A stretch of DNA of 64,000 nucleotides. It comes from Oikopleura dioica. Its lineage: Eukaryota; Animalia; Chordata. Positions 1 to 13,153 of the stretch are shown piece by piece. Every line of letters begins with the position of its first letter. Within the stretch, counting starts at the first letter, position 1. Where the stretch lies: positions 9,052,001 to 9,116,000 of the forward strand of contig OU015566.1 in NCBI GenBank assembly GCA_907165135.1, written 5' to 3'. Position numbers and translations under genes: made by a program. The notes beneath the pieces were generated by a model. That model did not search any database and had not been told where the DNA came from. It saw only the letters and a program-made list of their open reading frames with translations.

Positions 1-202
1 ACATTCTTTAATTTCTGTACGAAATACAGCAAACCAAAGTATTGATTCAAACAAAAACCGATCGCGTGTTATAAGATTTGTTATAACAAATAACCTCGCA
101 AGGTCAAATTCATGGGAATTAATAACTATTTCTACATCTGTTGTAACTAATAGCAGGGCAACTGTTGTAGAATTCTATAAGTCAGCATAAGTCGGAAAAG
201 AG

Positions 203-814
203 ATGAAGATTTTGGGCATTACCTTGGCAGCGGTCAATGCTTTGAGTGACAGCGCTGCCAACTATCTTATGGTCAATGAACTCAACTTGTAAGGCTTAAG
301 AAATATCAATATCTATAAGATTGAAGGTGTCATATGCGAGGACGAGGCCACCAAGAATGCATGGAACACATCCGAAGCCAATTTGAAAGCCTTCACGGTG
401 TCACTGTAACTTGTGGCTTCACCACTGATGGCAAAAACGTCGCAGGCATGGCATTTTGGTTTGCCAGCATTGAAGAGTACGGTGCCGTCAGCTGCGGTGA
501 GCTGACTTACAGTGGTATCAACTCTGCGTTCGTGGATAGAATCTTGGATAAAGATTAAATATTTTCCTAGTGCTCTTAAACGGGCATCCGATGACGCAGC
601 CGCCTGGGGCTCGCCTTGCTATTCCGAGCATGGTCTGAAGTTCAACACTTGTGCTGGCATGTTTATCTCCCAGCGAGCCTCAGAGTGGTGCCCGAATTCG
701 GATTCTCACAACATTATTGTCTCGGATCCAGCTTACATCTACGTCAGCGGCTACTCTTTTGACTTCACCTATCCGGGTGGACAGTATGGAATTGCTTACT
801 GTATTAATCGATGA
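203..814 (+). CDS. Small secreted Cys-containing protein, unknown family (3 exons, about 180 aa)
   Basis: ATG at 203 gives a signal-like MKILGITLAAVNALS. GTAAG donor at 289 and AG at 326 join in frame to the CHMRGRGHQECMEHIR exon (ORF 334). The last exon lies in ORF 512-814, and AATAAA follows the stop. Confidence 0.6.
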
Positions 815-914
815 GAATAAATGATATAAAGATCATATGAGCAAAGTTTCTAGAATCAATGTGTTTGTCAGAGATTATTTTCTCATTTTGTCAGTTTTCG
901 GACACGGAATCGCC

Positions 915-1850
915 ATGACTCCTCTTGCTTTTAAGCTTCTCGTCGGGGCTATCGTCGGTTCATTATTCAGCGTAAGAAAATTGAAATCAAAAGCTTGTCA
1001 TATGCACACTTTTTTCTCTTAGTTTTTCTATAATTTTGTGTGGAGATCCGTTTTTCCACTGGAGACTGGTAATGAAGTTCCCGCATGCGGCGAGGGATTC
1101 TTCTTCGATTCAGAGGCAAATCAGTGTATCGTCGAGAAAACTGAGGAGCCGGCAACTGGTGCTTTGATTTCAGTAAGTCATGCTATCAAAAACTTATCTG
1201 TTCAAATTCTTTATTCGTAGTTATTCGGCAGCCTTCTGGGTTTCGTCCAGGGAGAGGAAGAAGTCAAGAGTGTTGTACCCTACTGCAATGAAGGTTTCGA
1301 ACTCAATGACGAAACCAACACCTGCGAAGAAATTGGTAAATTTAAATTGATTGCAAAGAAAAATCAATCATTCTTTAGAAACATTTCTTGATGCCACCGC
1401 AAAATGGCTTTATGAGCAGCACAGAGGTTTTGTCAATAGCTACACCGAGAGCGATTACATGACCAATCTCAACACTCTTGTTGGTCTCGCATGCTTGGTT
1501 TGTGCTGGCAGTTTCCTATTCACTGTTTCTCTCGGCTGGGTTTTCAAGCAATTCTTTTCCAAAGGTAAATAGTTTTTCTGCCTTCTCATTAATTTCCTCT
1601 TCTAGCTACAAAAAATAACATCGAAGAACATGAGGTGAACGAAAACGACGACGATTTTGTTGCAAACGATACTCCACGAAACGGTGAGTACTACGCGAAA
1701 ATCGCCCGGCGAATTCAGGAAGCTGAAGTTCCTCCACTCGCTGCTGGCGCTAACCAAGAAGGTCGAGTTCAAAATAATTCAATTTCAGACAAATACTTTG
1801 AGCATTATGACATCGAGAATGATATCAGACAAATTTTGAGCTCGTGCTAG
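915..1850 (+). CDS. Multi-exon membrane/secreted protein with two C-x12-C modules and a TM helix
   Basis: Exons joined through GT-AG micro-introns read MTPLAFKLLVGAIVGSLFS, PACGEGFFFDSEANQC, PYCNEGFELNDETNTC, a hydrophobic LVGLACLVCAGSFLFTVSLGWVF and an acidic tail ending at ORF 1635-1850. Confidence 0.6.
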
Positions 1851-2068
1851 TCGACACCGAGTGAAGACAAATACAGTTTACTATCCTTCAGCGTCAAAAG
1901 TTAATCTACACACCTGTATACTCTATATATCCATGCTTTCTTTAAATCCAATCTTTATCTTTTCAAATAAAATCTATCAATACTCGAGATTTCAAAAAGC
2001 TTTTTCCTCCAAGAAGCAGGGAAAACTTGAAGGTCTTGCGATGTGTTTTATTGCAGCACTACAGGTTT

Positions 2069-2799
2069 TCAAGCTTTAGTAATGAGAAAGTTCCAAAAGT
2101 TGATCCAAAAAAGGCTGATTTCTCGTTTATCCGCAGTATCCGAATTTTCATCCACTTGTGAAGCATTCCAAAGGTTAAAGTAAAAGTTTCGCCTATCAGT
2201 TTCGAGCTCGCGTAAAAGACGCACTAAAATAGATCAATACTGATAGAGATGTTGGTTCTCTACTTTGTTGGCGAGTGAAACCAATGGATATTTCAAGCTG
2301 AAATCCTGTCAGTTCGTCGGCGGTACTTTTGCCACTTCTTTGGAAAGAAACGTTCGCGTAAACTCCTCCTAAGACAGCCTCAGTGTATCGCCATTCATCC
2401 CAATCAACGAATCCACTGTCATTCCAGTCAGCTTTCTCCCAAACTGGTTCTAAGAAACTGCCCCAGTGGGGAAAACTCTCATGGTACTCGCCATAAGTAG
2501 TTGAAAAAGCTTCACCGCATCCAATGAAACTCTCTCGATCAAGTCCGGCATCATCTTCAAGCTCGCATTCTTCATGGCAGAATTCCCAGAAAGGCTGAAA
2601 CAACCTAAAAAACGTGAAATACTGATATGTCTTATTGACAGGCTTCTTACGATGAATCGAGCGCGTCGACAAAAGCCTTGAAGTCCCACCAGTTTTGATC
2701 AACCCATCCGCGAACTTCTCGATACGAACTTTCAAAGATTTCACTTGGCCGGGGAGGTTGACCGCTCACAAGCGTCAAAAGCGCACAAAGAAGCTGCAT
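2069..2799 (-). CDS. Secreted EF-hand protein, tandem paralog 2
   Basis: Signal peptide MQLLCALLTLVSG, GTAAG intron, canonical EF loop DWNDSGFVDWDE, and last exon LWNASQVDENSDTADKREISLFWINFWNFLITKA*. Colinear with the 3017-3736 gene. Confidence 0.75.
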
Positions 2800-3016
2800 T
2801 CTTTCCTAAAGCTGGGGGAGCGCTCGATTTTTATGCGAAAAATTTTTGCACAACAAACATTTACCGATTCCAGTCGTATTGACTTTCATAAACAAAGCGT
2901 TAATATTGAAAAAGGGGTTGAAACCAATATTCGCCCTCCAAACAACGTCCGTATTCACGTCCGGCCAACGGGCCAAATATGGAATATTATTTGTTCTTTT
3001 TGATTGCAGTACTATT

Positions 3017-3736
3017 TCAACTCTCATTAATAAGCAGATTCCAGTAATGAATCCAAAATAGGGCGGTTTCACGTTTGTTAAGTGTTTCAGAATCATCGTC
3101 AAGTTGGGATTCAAGCCACAGGTTATTCATTGTCTGAGCTGGATCAGGTGAAATTTCCTCCAGAAGCCGAGCTAAATTTTGTCAAATTTGATTTTTTCTA
3201 CTGAAGTTTACATTGCTGCTCGAAGAAAATTCCGAATTCCATCATGTCAAGAACATCATCGTGATTCGAATCTGAGTAACCAAAAGTGACTTGAGAGTAA
3301 ATTGCCGCAAGAACAGCTTCGGTGTATCTCCACTCATCCCAATCGACGGCTCCATTGTGATCCCAGTCTGCTTTCTCCCACATAGCATCGAAAAAGTCTC
3401 CCCAGTATGGAAAACTAAGATGGAAATCCCCGTAATATGCCGCAAAAGCTACTCCGCAACCGATGAAACTCTCTTGTTCGAGGGAAATATCGTAGTCGAT
3501 TTCCAATTCATCGTGACAAAAGTCCCAAACTGGCTCGAGAAAACTTTAAATATAAAAATTGTCAGAAATAAAAAAACTTACGAGGTATTCAGATTGTCAA
3601 CAAAATCTTTGAAGACCGGCCAATTCTCGTGAAGATACTCGCCAACTTGTTGGTACGCATCCGCAAATACTTTACCCGGTGGAGTTTCAGGAGGGTTGGC
3701 TCTAGTGAGGCTCAGAAGTGAAAGTGCGAGCTTCAT
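3017..3736 (-). CDS. Secreted EF-hand protein, tandem paralog 1
   Basis: Signal peptide MKLALSLLSLTRA, EF loops DWDHNGAVDWDE and DSNHDDVLDMME, and last exon ...ESQLDDDSETLNKRETALFWIHYWNLLINES*. Confidence 0.75.
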
Positions 3737-6435
3737 TTTGAGAGAAACTGAGCGAAAAAATATTGTCTTTTATTTTAGAATTTTCTCGCTGAGCAAACAA
3801 CGAATTCAATTAACATTTGTTTGTTTATTAATCAGCTGTGATAAATTCAATGATACCAGATTAGACCAGATATGGGCGGTTTCGAAAGGCGAATTGTCTT
3901 TGTTTTATTGAGGAGTAAGGGTGATTGAAAACGCTTGTGGAAGAAGGTACCATTCTCCGGGACGCATATTTTCGCATTTCTCATTCGCAAGATGGAGACT
4001 TTCTCCATTTGGTCCTTTATAAATGTAATCCCCAGAGAACTTCTGGCATCGTTTCATCGTAAGGAAATCAGCATAGTAACGATTTCGGGCGAGTATTCTG
4101 AGTTGCGAAGAAGAATGACATAGGAGTGAATTTTGAAGAACGTACTCGCCGTTTTCAACTCGATCGAGTGTCATTTCTCTCAACCGACAAAATCAATCTG
4201 TCTAAGTTGTTCCTGCTTGTCGATCTCTTCAGTTTCTTTACAAACGATTCTAGCCATATCTTGATTTCATATTTCGTCAACTCTTTTGGATGGCTCTTCA
4301 CGTCCATTTTAACAATAGAATAAAAGGTATGACAGCCTTCAGCCCGCGAGATTTATTGTATTGTGAGAAAGAAGGCTGATTGACGCAGTGCAATTGTCAA
4401 AAATATTCCCAGCCTTATCGTTCAAAGCCAAGATTCGAAGTTTCTCAGCTGACGAAGTCATCATATCACTAGTTTTATTTGCAGAATAGCGATTGTATAA
4501 CAGGAAGAAGCGATGTTCAATGAAAATCATACAGGAGTCGGGGTTGAGTTTCGTCTTGTTTCGGCAATGCTTGAGCTTGAGCGTCTTCTTTGGTCCGTCT
4601 TTTTCTTGTTTTTGCGTAGTGTCTTTTGAATTGATCACAATTTTCAGATCTATTATCTATTTTTCATTGAAATCCATCCCTTGTAAATTGTCATCGAAAG
4701 AAGAACTATTCCAATAGTCAGGAAAATATATGACTAAAACATACTTACTGCCGTTGTAAAAGTAATAAATAATGATTTCTCCTGTTAAATTCGTCTAATG
4801 TCCATTACCTGCCATTTGAGGCTTGGGAATGTGGCCATTTGCGGCGCCGCCAATAGATAAAAATAACCGATCATTCCGCAAACGAACTATCAATGAAAGC
4901 GTTATCAAAAGTAAAATGAATCTAAGCAGAGGATAAGTGGTACCGTGAAACAACCGCATGTCATTGATAAGCATCTCGCTGAGGTAAGCTTTCCAACCTC
5001 CTCAATCTCCTCTAAAAACTTGTCAACTTCCGTACTCCATCTTTTCAATCACCCTCTTTCATTCCAACTATGCATTTACATCGACAAACATATTATTCTA
5101 TTTCCCGAGAGCTGGGTTATTATTTCTACTGTCTCGCATCAACTATTCAACAGGATAAAAGCCACAGAAGAAAACTCAATTTTCTGGCAGCGATGGAATT
5201 ATTGGAAATGAAAGAAAGTTATGTATTATACAGTTTTACTAATACTGAAAACAATTTTAAGCGATGAACTCACCATCTGAGGACTCATCGTCGTCGGACA
5301 TTGTTGCTTGCTTTTCAAATGATGAATTTTATTCAATAATAAATTTATATTTAGATAAACTTTCATTCGAAAGTTATTTGATTCCATCATTCCTGGTACT
5401 CTTTCAGATGATTTCTGTATTTTTGAATAGCACTCCCGCTGCGCATTTTTCTCGGGCTTCTTTTCTGACTCTCTCCCATGCTTTTGTGTACTTCTATCTA
5501 ATATAGACTATATTCTTTACATCAAGCAACCAATATTCCAATATTGCATCGCAAGTTCAACTCTGACAAAATTACTCCGTCGAAAATGAGTTTTTCTCGG
5601 GTGAATGATGCTCGCGTCTTCGCCGTCTGACGCGGTGCTAAATCATGCCATCATGAAAAAGATTTTCTTTTAAAATCCATTTTCATCCTTTTCGCGCCCG
5701 TATTAATCTCGCGGCTTCGCATTGACATTACTGTAGGAAATCTATCTTCAACAAATACGGTGCCGTTAATGGCATGTGAAGCGTTTTTGCGGCGGTCTCT
5801 GGCTATTTCTGTGAATTGAATGAGGGTTATACAATCATGACACACATGTGTTCCCGAAATTTGACACAAGAATCGACTTCCAGTGCTCCACAAGTCTTAC
5901 TATTTCCACCAAGACTGTGTTGGAAGCTTATGACCCAGACGATAAATTTTTACTCAGTATGATTTTTCATACTCTAGGAAGTATCATTTTGAAATTTTAT
6001 ACGCTTTATTATAGCTGTCAGTGTATGAATAGTATAGCAGGTATTGATTTATTATCGATATCTTTAAAAGAAGATATATCTAAGTGCCAACTTCAATGCA
6101 GAAAAATATGTGTACTGATTAAGAGATGCCAAGGCCTGTCAGAAACATCAGAATCTGCCAAGGTCTACAATTTCTAAAGACAGCTTGTCATTTTCCGCTT
6201 TGACTGGGATTTAAGACAGTTATCGACTTCAGAGAATTCTATAAGAAAATCGGAAAATTCTCCAGGACTGTCGGATCTCCGCGGTGCTCTAGCGCCAACA
6301 ACATGCTCAAGAAATGCCCAAATTCGGAAGCTTATATTGTCGCCCATCAAAACTCTCATATAAAAAGCAAGGATTGATTCACCTAGAGCCATCAAACAAT
6401 TTCTATCTTATTATTGAGAGTCGATCTTATTAGAT

Positions 6436-6660
6436 ATGGCTCCAAGATCAGAATTCATCACCGCCAAAATTTCAACTGAGATCGCTCCTTGGGAAGAATA
6501 CAACGACTACTCGCTCAAATTCGTCCTCGAGAACCTCAAAGTTGGCTCCGGAAAGTTGATACCAAGCGCAACCGCCAGACGAAGTTCGACTCCGACTTTT
6601 GTACAAAGCTGCACCTCGCTCAAACTTAGAGCATGCTCGCTCTTCTGAACAACAACTAAA
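6436..6660 (+). CDS. Possible small hypothetical protein
   Basis: ATG-started ORF MAPRSEFITAKISTEIAPWEEYNDYSLKFVLENLK preceded by TAG. No recognisable domain. Confidence 0.3.
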
Positions 6661-7700
6661 TGGACGTACCGGAGGAAATGTTCACTTGTATAGAAACCCT
6701 GTAAAATGCTCGCTTTTTGCGGAATTGATTAGACTGTAAATGATTTGCCTGCAAATATATCGCATTTGAAATTGTTCAAAAATGAAATCAAGGAAGAGAT
6801 TTATTTGTGAGATTTTATTTGTATAAACTGTACACCAGGATAAATCATCAGGAATATTTACATCATCTTCGGTAGCTTCGGCGATTGTGTTGGAATTCTT
6901 ACCTTAGTAGACGATATCGAGATTTCAAAAAAATTAGATTCTGGTTGGATTGTCCGATTGTTTTTGCCTTCAATCTGGGGCCACTGGGGTCAGGCACACC
7001 ATTTGCTTTAACGAGCTTGGGGAAAGTTAAATGCATTCTGCACCGATATTACACAGTGTAAAAAATTAACTCGGACGGCGTGAAAAGCGAATACCACTTG
7101 ACCTCATAAACACGCACTAGTTAGCGATCAAGAACTGGTCCAGTCTCGCCCCATTTCGGACAAAATTTGCAATGCGGGTCCTTCCAGATTCTTCAAAATT
7201 CAGCTCACTCAATTCATCAATTTAGGCAGAGATAATTTAAAAGGAACAATTAAAATAAAAAGCAAAAGAGCAAATAACACGTAGAAAAAAAATTAAACGT
7301 TGGTCAGTTAAGCTTTACATGAGTGTTTTCTATCAAAGAAAGGGTTGAAAAAACCAATGGTGAGTTTCACTGGCAAGATCGAATTTCCCTTCTTTAGGAG
7401 AATAAAGGATGGAAAATGATTTCTATTGCTACTGTGAGAAAGTATTCGAAGCTCAAATTTTGGACTTTTGGATTTTGAGTTGTGCAATTTTTTAAGTTTA
7501 AAACTGGACTTAGGTAATTATAGTTTTCAGTCTATGAATCTTCGAAAATTCTTGATTCTTGGCAACTATGAACTATGTTGTTGGAAAGGGGATATTTATA
7601 ATATTTTACGGAGGGCGTATGTACATGAAGAGCGTGAGACATTAGTTTTATATAGGTTTTGATCGTTTTTATCATACTCTTATTGGAGTTAATATAATGT

Positions 7701-10600
7701 CTACAAGGTTTCTTCGCCAAATTCTCCAATGTTTGCGATATCGTCGGCAAGTCGTCCAAACATTGCTCGGCCAAACTTTTTATTGAAATCCTAAAAGTAA
7801 AGGATTATTCGTGGACAGGAAATTGTGATCCTCGTTCTGATCCGCCGTCATGATCCCAAGAAATACAGGAAGCCATTTAAGGGCCTCTCAATTTTTGGTC
7901 AATTATCTAAGTGCCTTTTCCCAAAACAGGCATTATTCGATGAACGTCATTTGTCGTATATGGAGGGCAATTCATTATTGAACCTCAATGTTTAATATTA
8001 TTTTTCCGCTCGAATTTGAATTGGTTGATAAAATTTCTGCCTGGCGAATTGCTTTTATAACTAAATTTGGCTTCTTTGAACACTATCTTGAGTAGACTCG
8101 GTACGATAGAAGTCCTTGTGATCATGTACAATATTCTGACGCAGGTTCGGGCTGTGCAAGTTTCGCGGTGGGCCAATCTGACCGCCAGCTCAAACAGTTT
8201 TATCTCGGCAGGAACGCGTTCTATACGGCAGGCAGCATTTCTAGCCTCGCGTCAGTACGTACAGTCGGAGTCCAAAATAAGGGACTTTTTCTGCTCCAAA
8301 ATTTTCGTAAAAAGTCCCTTATTTTGGTACAATTTAGCATTAAAATCATATAAACCATGCCGCAGATTTTCGGCATTTTTGGCCAACAAGTCCCTTATCT
8401 TAGTGTCCCTTATTTTGGACTCCGACTGTAGTACCAAGTAGCATTACATTATAATACTGCGGTCTCTTAGCTCGCCGGTTGCATTTTGGACAGAATAACA
8501 TTTTGGTAAAATTCAAACACGCGTTGCTGCATGTCCCCATGAATATTTTTATGAATAAAAATCGCACTTACTTGAGGATAGGCCCATTGGTTGTCGCGGA
8601 GGTCAAGTTCCTGAAGCTCTCTGTCGTCTGTGATGATGTTACTGACAAAATCGATGTCTTCCTCGGAAAGTTGGTTTTGCTGAACTTCGACCTTGGCGAG
8701 CTGTCTCTGCGCATTCAAAAAGTTGGAATCGACTTCGCTGATTTCGTTTCCTTGGAGGAAAACGTTCTTAACAGCGAGAGAGTCCTAGAAATTTTAAGTT
8801 AACAAGTTTGTCAAAAATTAAAAATCTTACATCATCGATGAAGTTGTTGATTTTCTCAATGTTGTTACCGCTAAAGCCGACTGTCTTCAAGTTTGCTTTT
8901 CCTTCAAGAAGGCCTTCGCTGATTTCCTCGACAACGTTGTCGTCAGCCATGAAGATCTTCAAGTTGATGGCGTATTGAAACAAATCTGGATTGAAAGATC
9001 TGATCTAAAAAGATGAATTAATGCCTGAGCAACTTTTATCGAATAAATACCTTGTTGTTTTTGACGTAAACAAACATAAGGTTGGGGCTATGATCAAATG
9101 TGGACACGGGAAGGAATTCAATTTGGTTATCGTTTAGGTTGACAATGCGTAATTCCGGCAGCCTCTTAAACTGTCCAGAGGCGATTTCTGTGATTTTGTT
9201 TTCACTGAGATTGATTTCTTTGACTTTCAGCATGTTTCGGAAGGCATCTTTGCTCAGTTTTGAAATATTATTGTTCTGGAGATACATTCTTTCGCAATTT
9301 TTAAGGTTGGAGAAGACGGCCTTGTTGACTTGTGTGATTTTGTTGTGATCAAGGCTCACTTTCTCTACGCTTGCGCTCATTCTGAAGGCCTGCGAGGCGA
9401 CTGAGTTGATGTTGTTGTAAGAAAGATCGACTGTCTTCAAGTCCTTTGCGTATTTCAGCATCTTTCCATTGACACGTGTGAGTCGATTGTGCTGGAGCTC
9501 GAGGTTCTCCAAGTTTGGCAGAGCAGTGAGAATCTTCATTTTCATGTCGACAATTCGGTTGTTGTTCAATTTCAGATTCTGAAATAATTGGCAATTATTA
9601 ATTGCTCAATTAAAAGTCCACTGATTAGTTTTGACTATCGTTAGAACGCAATTATCTGTGCTGGGTAATTGGGATCAGCTCGAGTTTAACCAAAAACAAC
9701 CAATTATTTTGGTTGTTCCAAAAACACTAATTATCGTATTCAAAACGACACGAATATCTTCGTCATTTTCGTATTTTTGCGAAAATAAATTTTCATTTGA
9801 ATGAATCCACATTCTGCTGAATCAGTTTACCTTGAGTTGCTTGTTCTTCTTGAAGATAGCGGACTTGTCGAGCTTGAGGATCTGGTTCTGGGAGAGATCG
9901 AGCTCTTCAAGAGCGATATTGTTTCGGAAAAGTTGAGGACTGATCTTGTCCAAAAAGTTGTTCCTAGAATATTGATATGGATCAAATTCTAACAATTATT
10001 TTCTTACTTGATGTTCAATTTTTCCAAGTTGGTGAGTCCTTCGAGCCACTGTGGGTGAATTTCGTCAAGATGGTTGGACTCGTAAGAAAGTTTCTGAATA
10101 TTTTTTGTAAGTTTTTCATCAAATAAATCATGACTTTGAGAAATTATGACGAGTAAGTGGAGAAGAGAGTTTCTTTTTTATCGCGAAGCTCTGTCGTCTG
10201 TTTTGACAGGTAATGAACGCGCCAGCTAGGGCGGTTACTTCAAGGACCGAATAGTACGTATTTTTTCTATTGTACGAAAATACTTGCGTGGAGCTTATTC
10301 TTGGTACGCTATTCTAAAATTGAGTTGGAGGATAAGAGCTAGAAACCAGTTTTTTGACTATCTTTTTTGACTATGAAGGGAAATAATTGACAAAATCTAC
10401 CTTGGTGCTTGCTGGAACAATAATCTTCTTGGCCTTCTTTCCGTCCATTCTAGCGCCGCTGCAATCCACAGCCTGTTCAACTCCAGTCGCCATTGCGCAC
10501 TTGGTAGCTCCACCAGCGATATTCTGTCGGGCGAGGAGGGCTTCGGCCAAAGTCTCGCCAGTAACGACAAGCTTCTTTGAGTTGTAAATCTTCGTGTTTG
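7701..10600 (-). CDS. Leucine-rich-repeat protein (typical LxxLxLxxNxI repeats, probably extracellular); 5' end unresolved
   Basis: Many repeats such as LENLELQHNRLTRV, LKTVDLSYNNINSV and LEELDLSQNQILKL across exons 10390-10600, 9832-10085, 9036-9580, 8830-8990 and 8585-8790. The terminal exon 7790-7701 (DFNKKFGRAMFGRLADDIANIGEFGEETL*) joins in phase 0. Confidence 0.85.
8262..8428. mobile_element. Tc1/mariner-type MITE (167 bp) in the last intron of the LRR gene
   Basis: Perfect 24-bp TIR CAGTCGGAGTCCAAAATAAGGGAC, TA on both flanks (8260-61 and 8429-30), and internal copies of GTCCCTTAT. Confidence 0.85.
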
Positions 10601-11543
10601 ACTTAATGGATAAAATTATTTGTCTGCTCGGCAAGAAAGAAGATAATTTCAATAATCTCGAGTGAAATATTTCCACGGAAATGCTTGCTCAGAAATGTCA
10701 TAAAAGAAGAATTGCAACTGCCGCGATTGGGAATTCCTTGCATTCCGGAATGGAAGAAATTGTAGGACTTGCCCTTTAGAAAGGCCGATGTTGCTAGAAC
10801 TTGACGGGAATTTTTGACGGCGAGGAATATTTCTGCGAGACTGATTTTTGCTCTTTTTCGTACTAATCCCCCGCTGGGTTGGTTTTTTATCGAGCCTCTA
10901 AATCGGACACGATGTGGTGATCACCAAATCAGTGGACAACCGCACTGTTATATAAAGTACACACAAAGCTACCTGCACGTGGTTTTTATTTTCAGGAAGT
11001 TAGGTTGCTTAGAGGGGCTTTTGAGAGTTTCTCATGGGTAGATACGGATCCCACTCATTTTTTTTTAATATTTTTAGTCTCCTAAAAGTGCGACGAAAGA
11101 TTCAAGAAAGGTAAGAATGGATCAAACTCAGGGTACCAATTTTATTAGTCTTTGGAATTTCGTGAGTTTGTTGAAAATCGCTTCGAGCAACATTCCTCCG
11201 GCATTCGCCAGCTGGAGGTTCGAAATTGGTGAGAGCATGGTTTGAGAATTAGAAAATTGAATGGATTATGACGGCGAAGAAATAACACGATGCTCAACGA
11301 GCTGCGGTGGCGCGAGCATTACCGGGCCAACAATAAGGGGCTCAGCTGGCTGAGGGTTTATTTGAGTGAAGGCACTAGAATTTGAGGATGCAGTGTACGT
11401 GTTTCCCATTATACAAGTTTTATCGTTGAAAACCGACGACATGAAACTATCTCTAGAATCGTTTCTGTTTGCCGTTCCATGGTGCATTTTAGAAATCAGA
11501 TCTTGGATAGAATTTACAGTAAAAGCAACAAGTAAAAACTAAA

Positions 11544-11967
11544 ATGAACGACTTCAGCTACCTCTTGGCAAAGAAACTTCAACGACTTCGCAACAAAATT
11601 AAAAGCTTGAAGAAAGAAAACAAAATTTTAAAACTTCAAGCCAGAAAAACCATGCTAGAAAGCATGCTTGATGCGGAAACTGACGGTAGAATACCGATTG
11701 ACTCAAAAGAAAAAAAGTGTAATTTTGTTTTTAGAGAGTCGATCAGAATTGCCAAACTGCCAGATTTGCATGAAAAATCGCATACAAAAAGTGTTCAATT
11801 GTGGACACCCGATTTGCACCGCTTGCGCGATAAAAATTTCAGGGACAGGGTACAATTCTATCAAAAATATTTTTTCAAGTTGTTTTTATTGACCCTGTTT
11901 GAAAGACGACGACATTTGTCCGCACTGCAAATCGAAGATCACTGGCTTCACAACTATTTTCTACTGA
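11544..11967 (+). CDS. Small coiled-coil + C-terminal RING-HC (C3HC4) putative E3 ligase
   Basis: After removing two short introns the product reads CQICMKNRIQKVFNCGHPICTACAIKI...DDICPHCKSKITGFTTIFY*. The N-terminus is a heptad-like KKLQRLRNKIKSLKKENKILK. Confidence 0.75.
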
Positions 11968-12974
11968 AAAAAAATTTCCCTCGCTATCCAATTTCTGTTG
12001 CCTTTTCAAATGAAATTTTAATAAACATTATCTTCTTTTTTCCTGAATATTTGGAAAAGCACTTATCCAAGACGCAGAATTTCCAGGGCGTCGAAAATTG
12101 TTACTTAGGAAATTTTCGCAGTTGCAAATTTGTTTTACGCTCGTGCGGGCCGACGCCGATAAGGGACGCCAGGAATGAGAAAATTAATGAAAATTTTCCA
12201 CGTTGATGATTATGGCCCGCGCGTTTTTGAAAACGAGGCCAAGATTCTTGATGAAAATTTCTTGCGCCGGTGTTTGGGAAGTTCAAATACACGTCGGGGG
12301 AATTTTCATTGCGATGATAGAAAGTGCTCGTTTCTTGGTTAAGACTTGAACGTTTCAGGGACCAAATTAATACGAAGATTATTTTGATGAATAAAATGAA
12401 AATTTTCACAACTGCAGTGGGGCCAATTTACGCTCCGCGTCGCTAATTATTTTCGCTTTTACAAGCATAATTATCATGTTTTTATGCCGGGAGGGACTAC
12501 TTCTAACACGAAAATTAACCAGTCAGGGCAAAGTGCTCATTAGTTGCAAGCATCCTACATCCTTCAACTGATCAAAAAAAAGGCTCCTGGGAGAGCGCTT
12601 AGGATTTGTCGTATCCTCAAGTTGGATCCTTCCAGCTGTTTCGGTCGAGCACTCTGTTTCTCACGCGCTTTCTAATGTCATTTTTTATACGTCAGCTGCT
12701 GGGCCGTATATACTTCGAGTTAAGATAATCCAATACGAAATGCAAATCCGGGGCGTGCTGTTGCTATTCCTACTCAAGCATTAAGGGTGCCGTGTATATG
12801 TTCTTAATAGCGAGGGCGTACTCAAAGTGAAAATAAATGCTCCGCCGCCAGTTATCTTCAAATAAACCTTCCACGGAGCCCGGAATTATCCAGTACCGGG
12901 CGTCGCTTAACCTGCCAAACTTTTGCCATTTTAGATGCCTCCCATGCAGTGGAACATATCGAAAAAAGCTTTAC

Positions 12975-13153
12975 CTCATGGCATCTCTTTCCATCTTCTG
13001 TGTTTATCTTTTTCCATCCAGAGGAACATCTGCATTTGTCGTCAGTGGACACATGTTCAAGTACTCCTTCTCTCATTTTCTGGCAGGGTTCTTTGTCCGG
13101 AGATCTGATTGCGAGAGGGTGTTTTTTGCCGGCAATTTTAGACTTTTTCTTTG
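12975..13153 (-). CDS. Isolated exon with an EGF-like Cys pattern; remainder of gene unresolved
   Basis: TTTCAG acceptor and GTAAAG donor flank an exon encoding PCQKMREGVLEHVSTDDKCRCSSGWKKINTEDGKRCHE. Confidence 0.4.

Noticed and set aside
11544-12206. 220-aa ORF as a single protein
   Set aside because: It reads through introns of the RING gene; the RING motif is in another frame.
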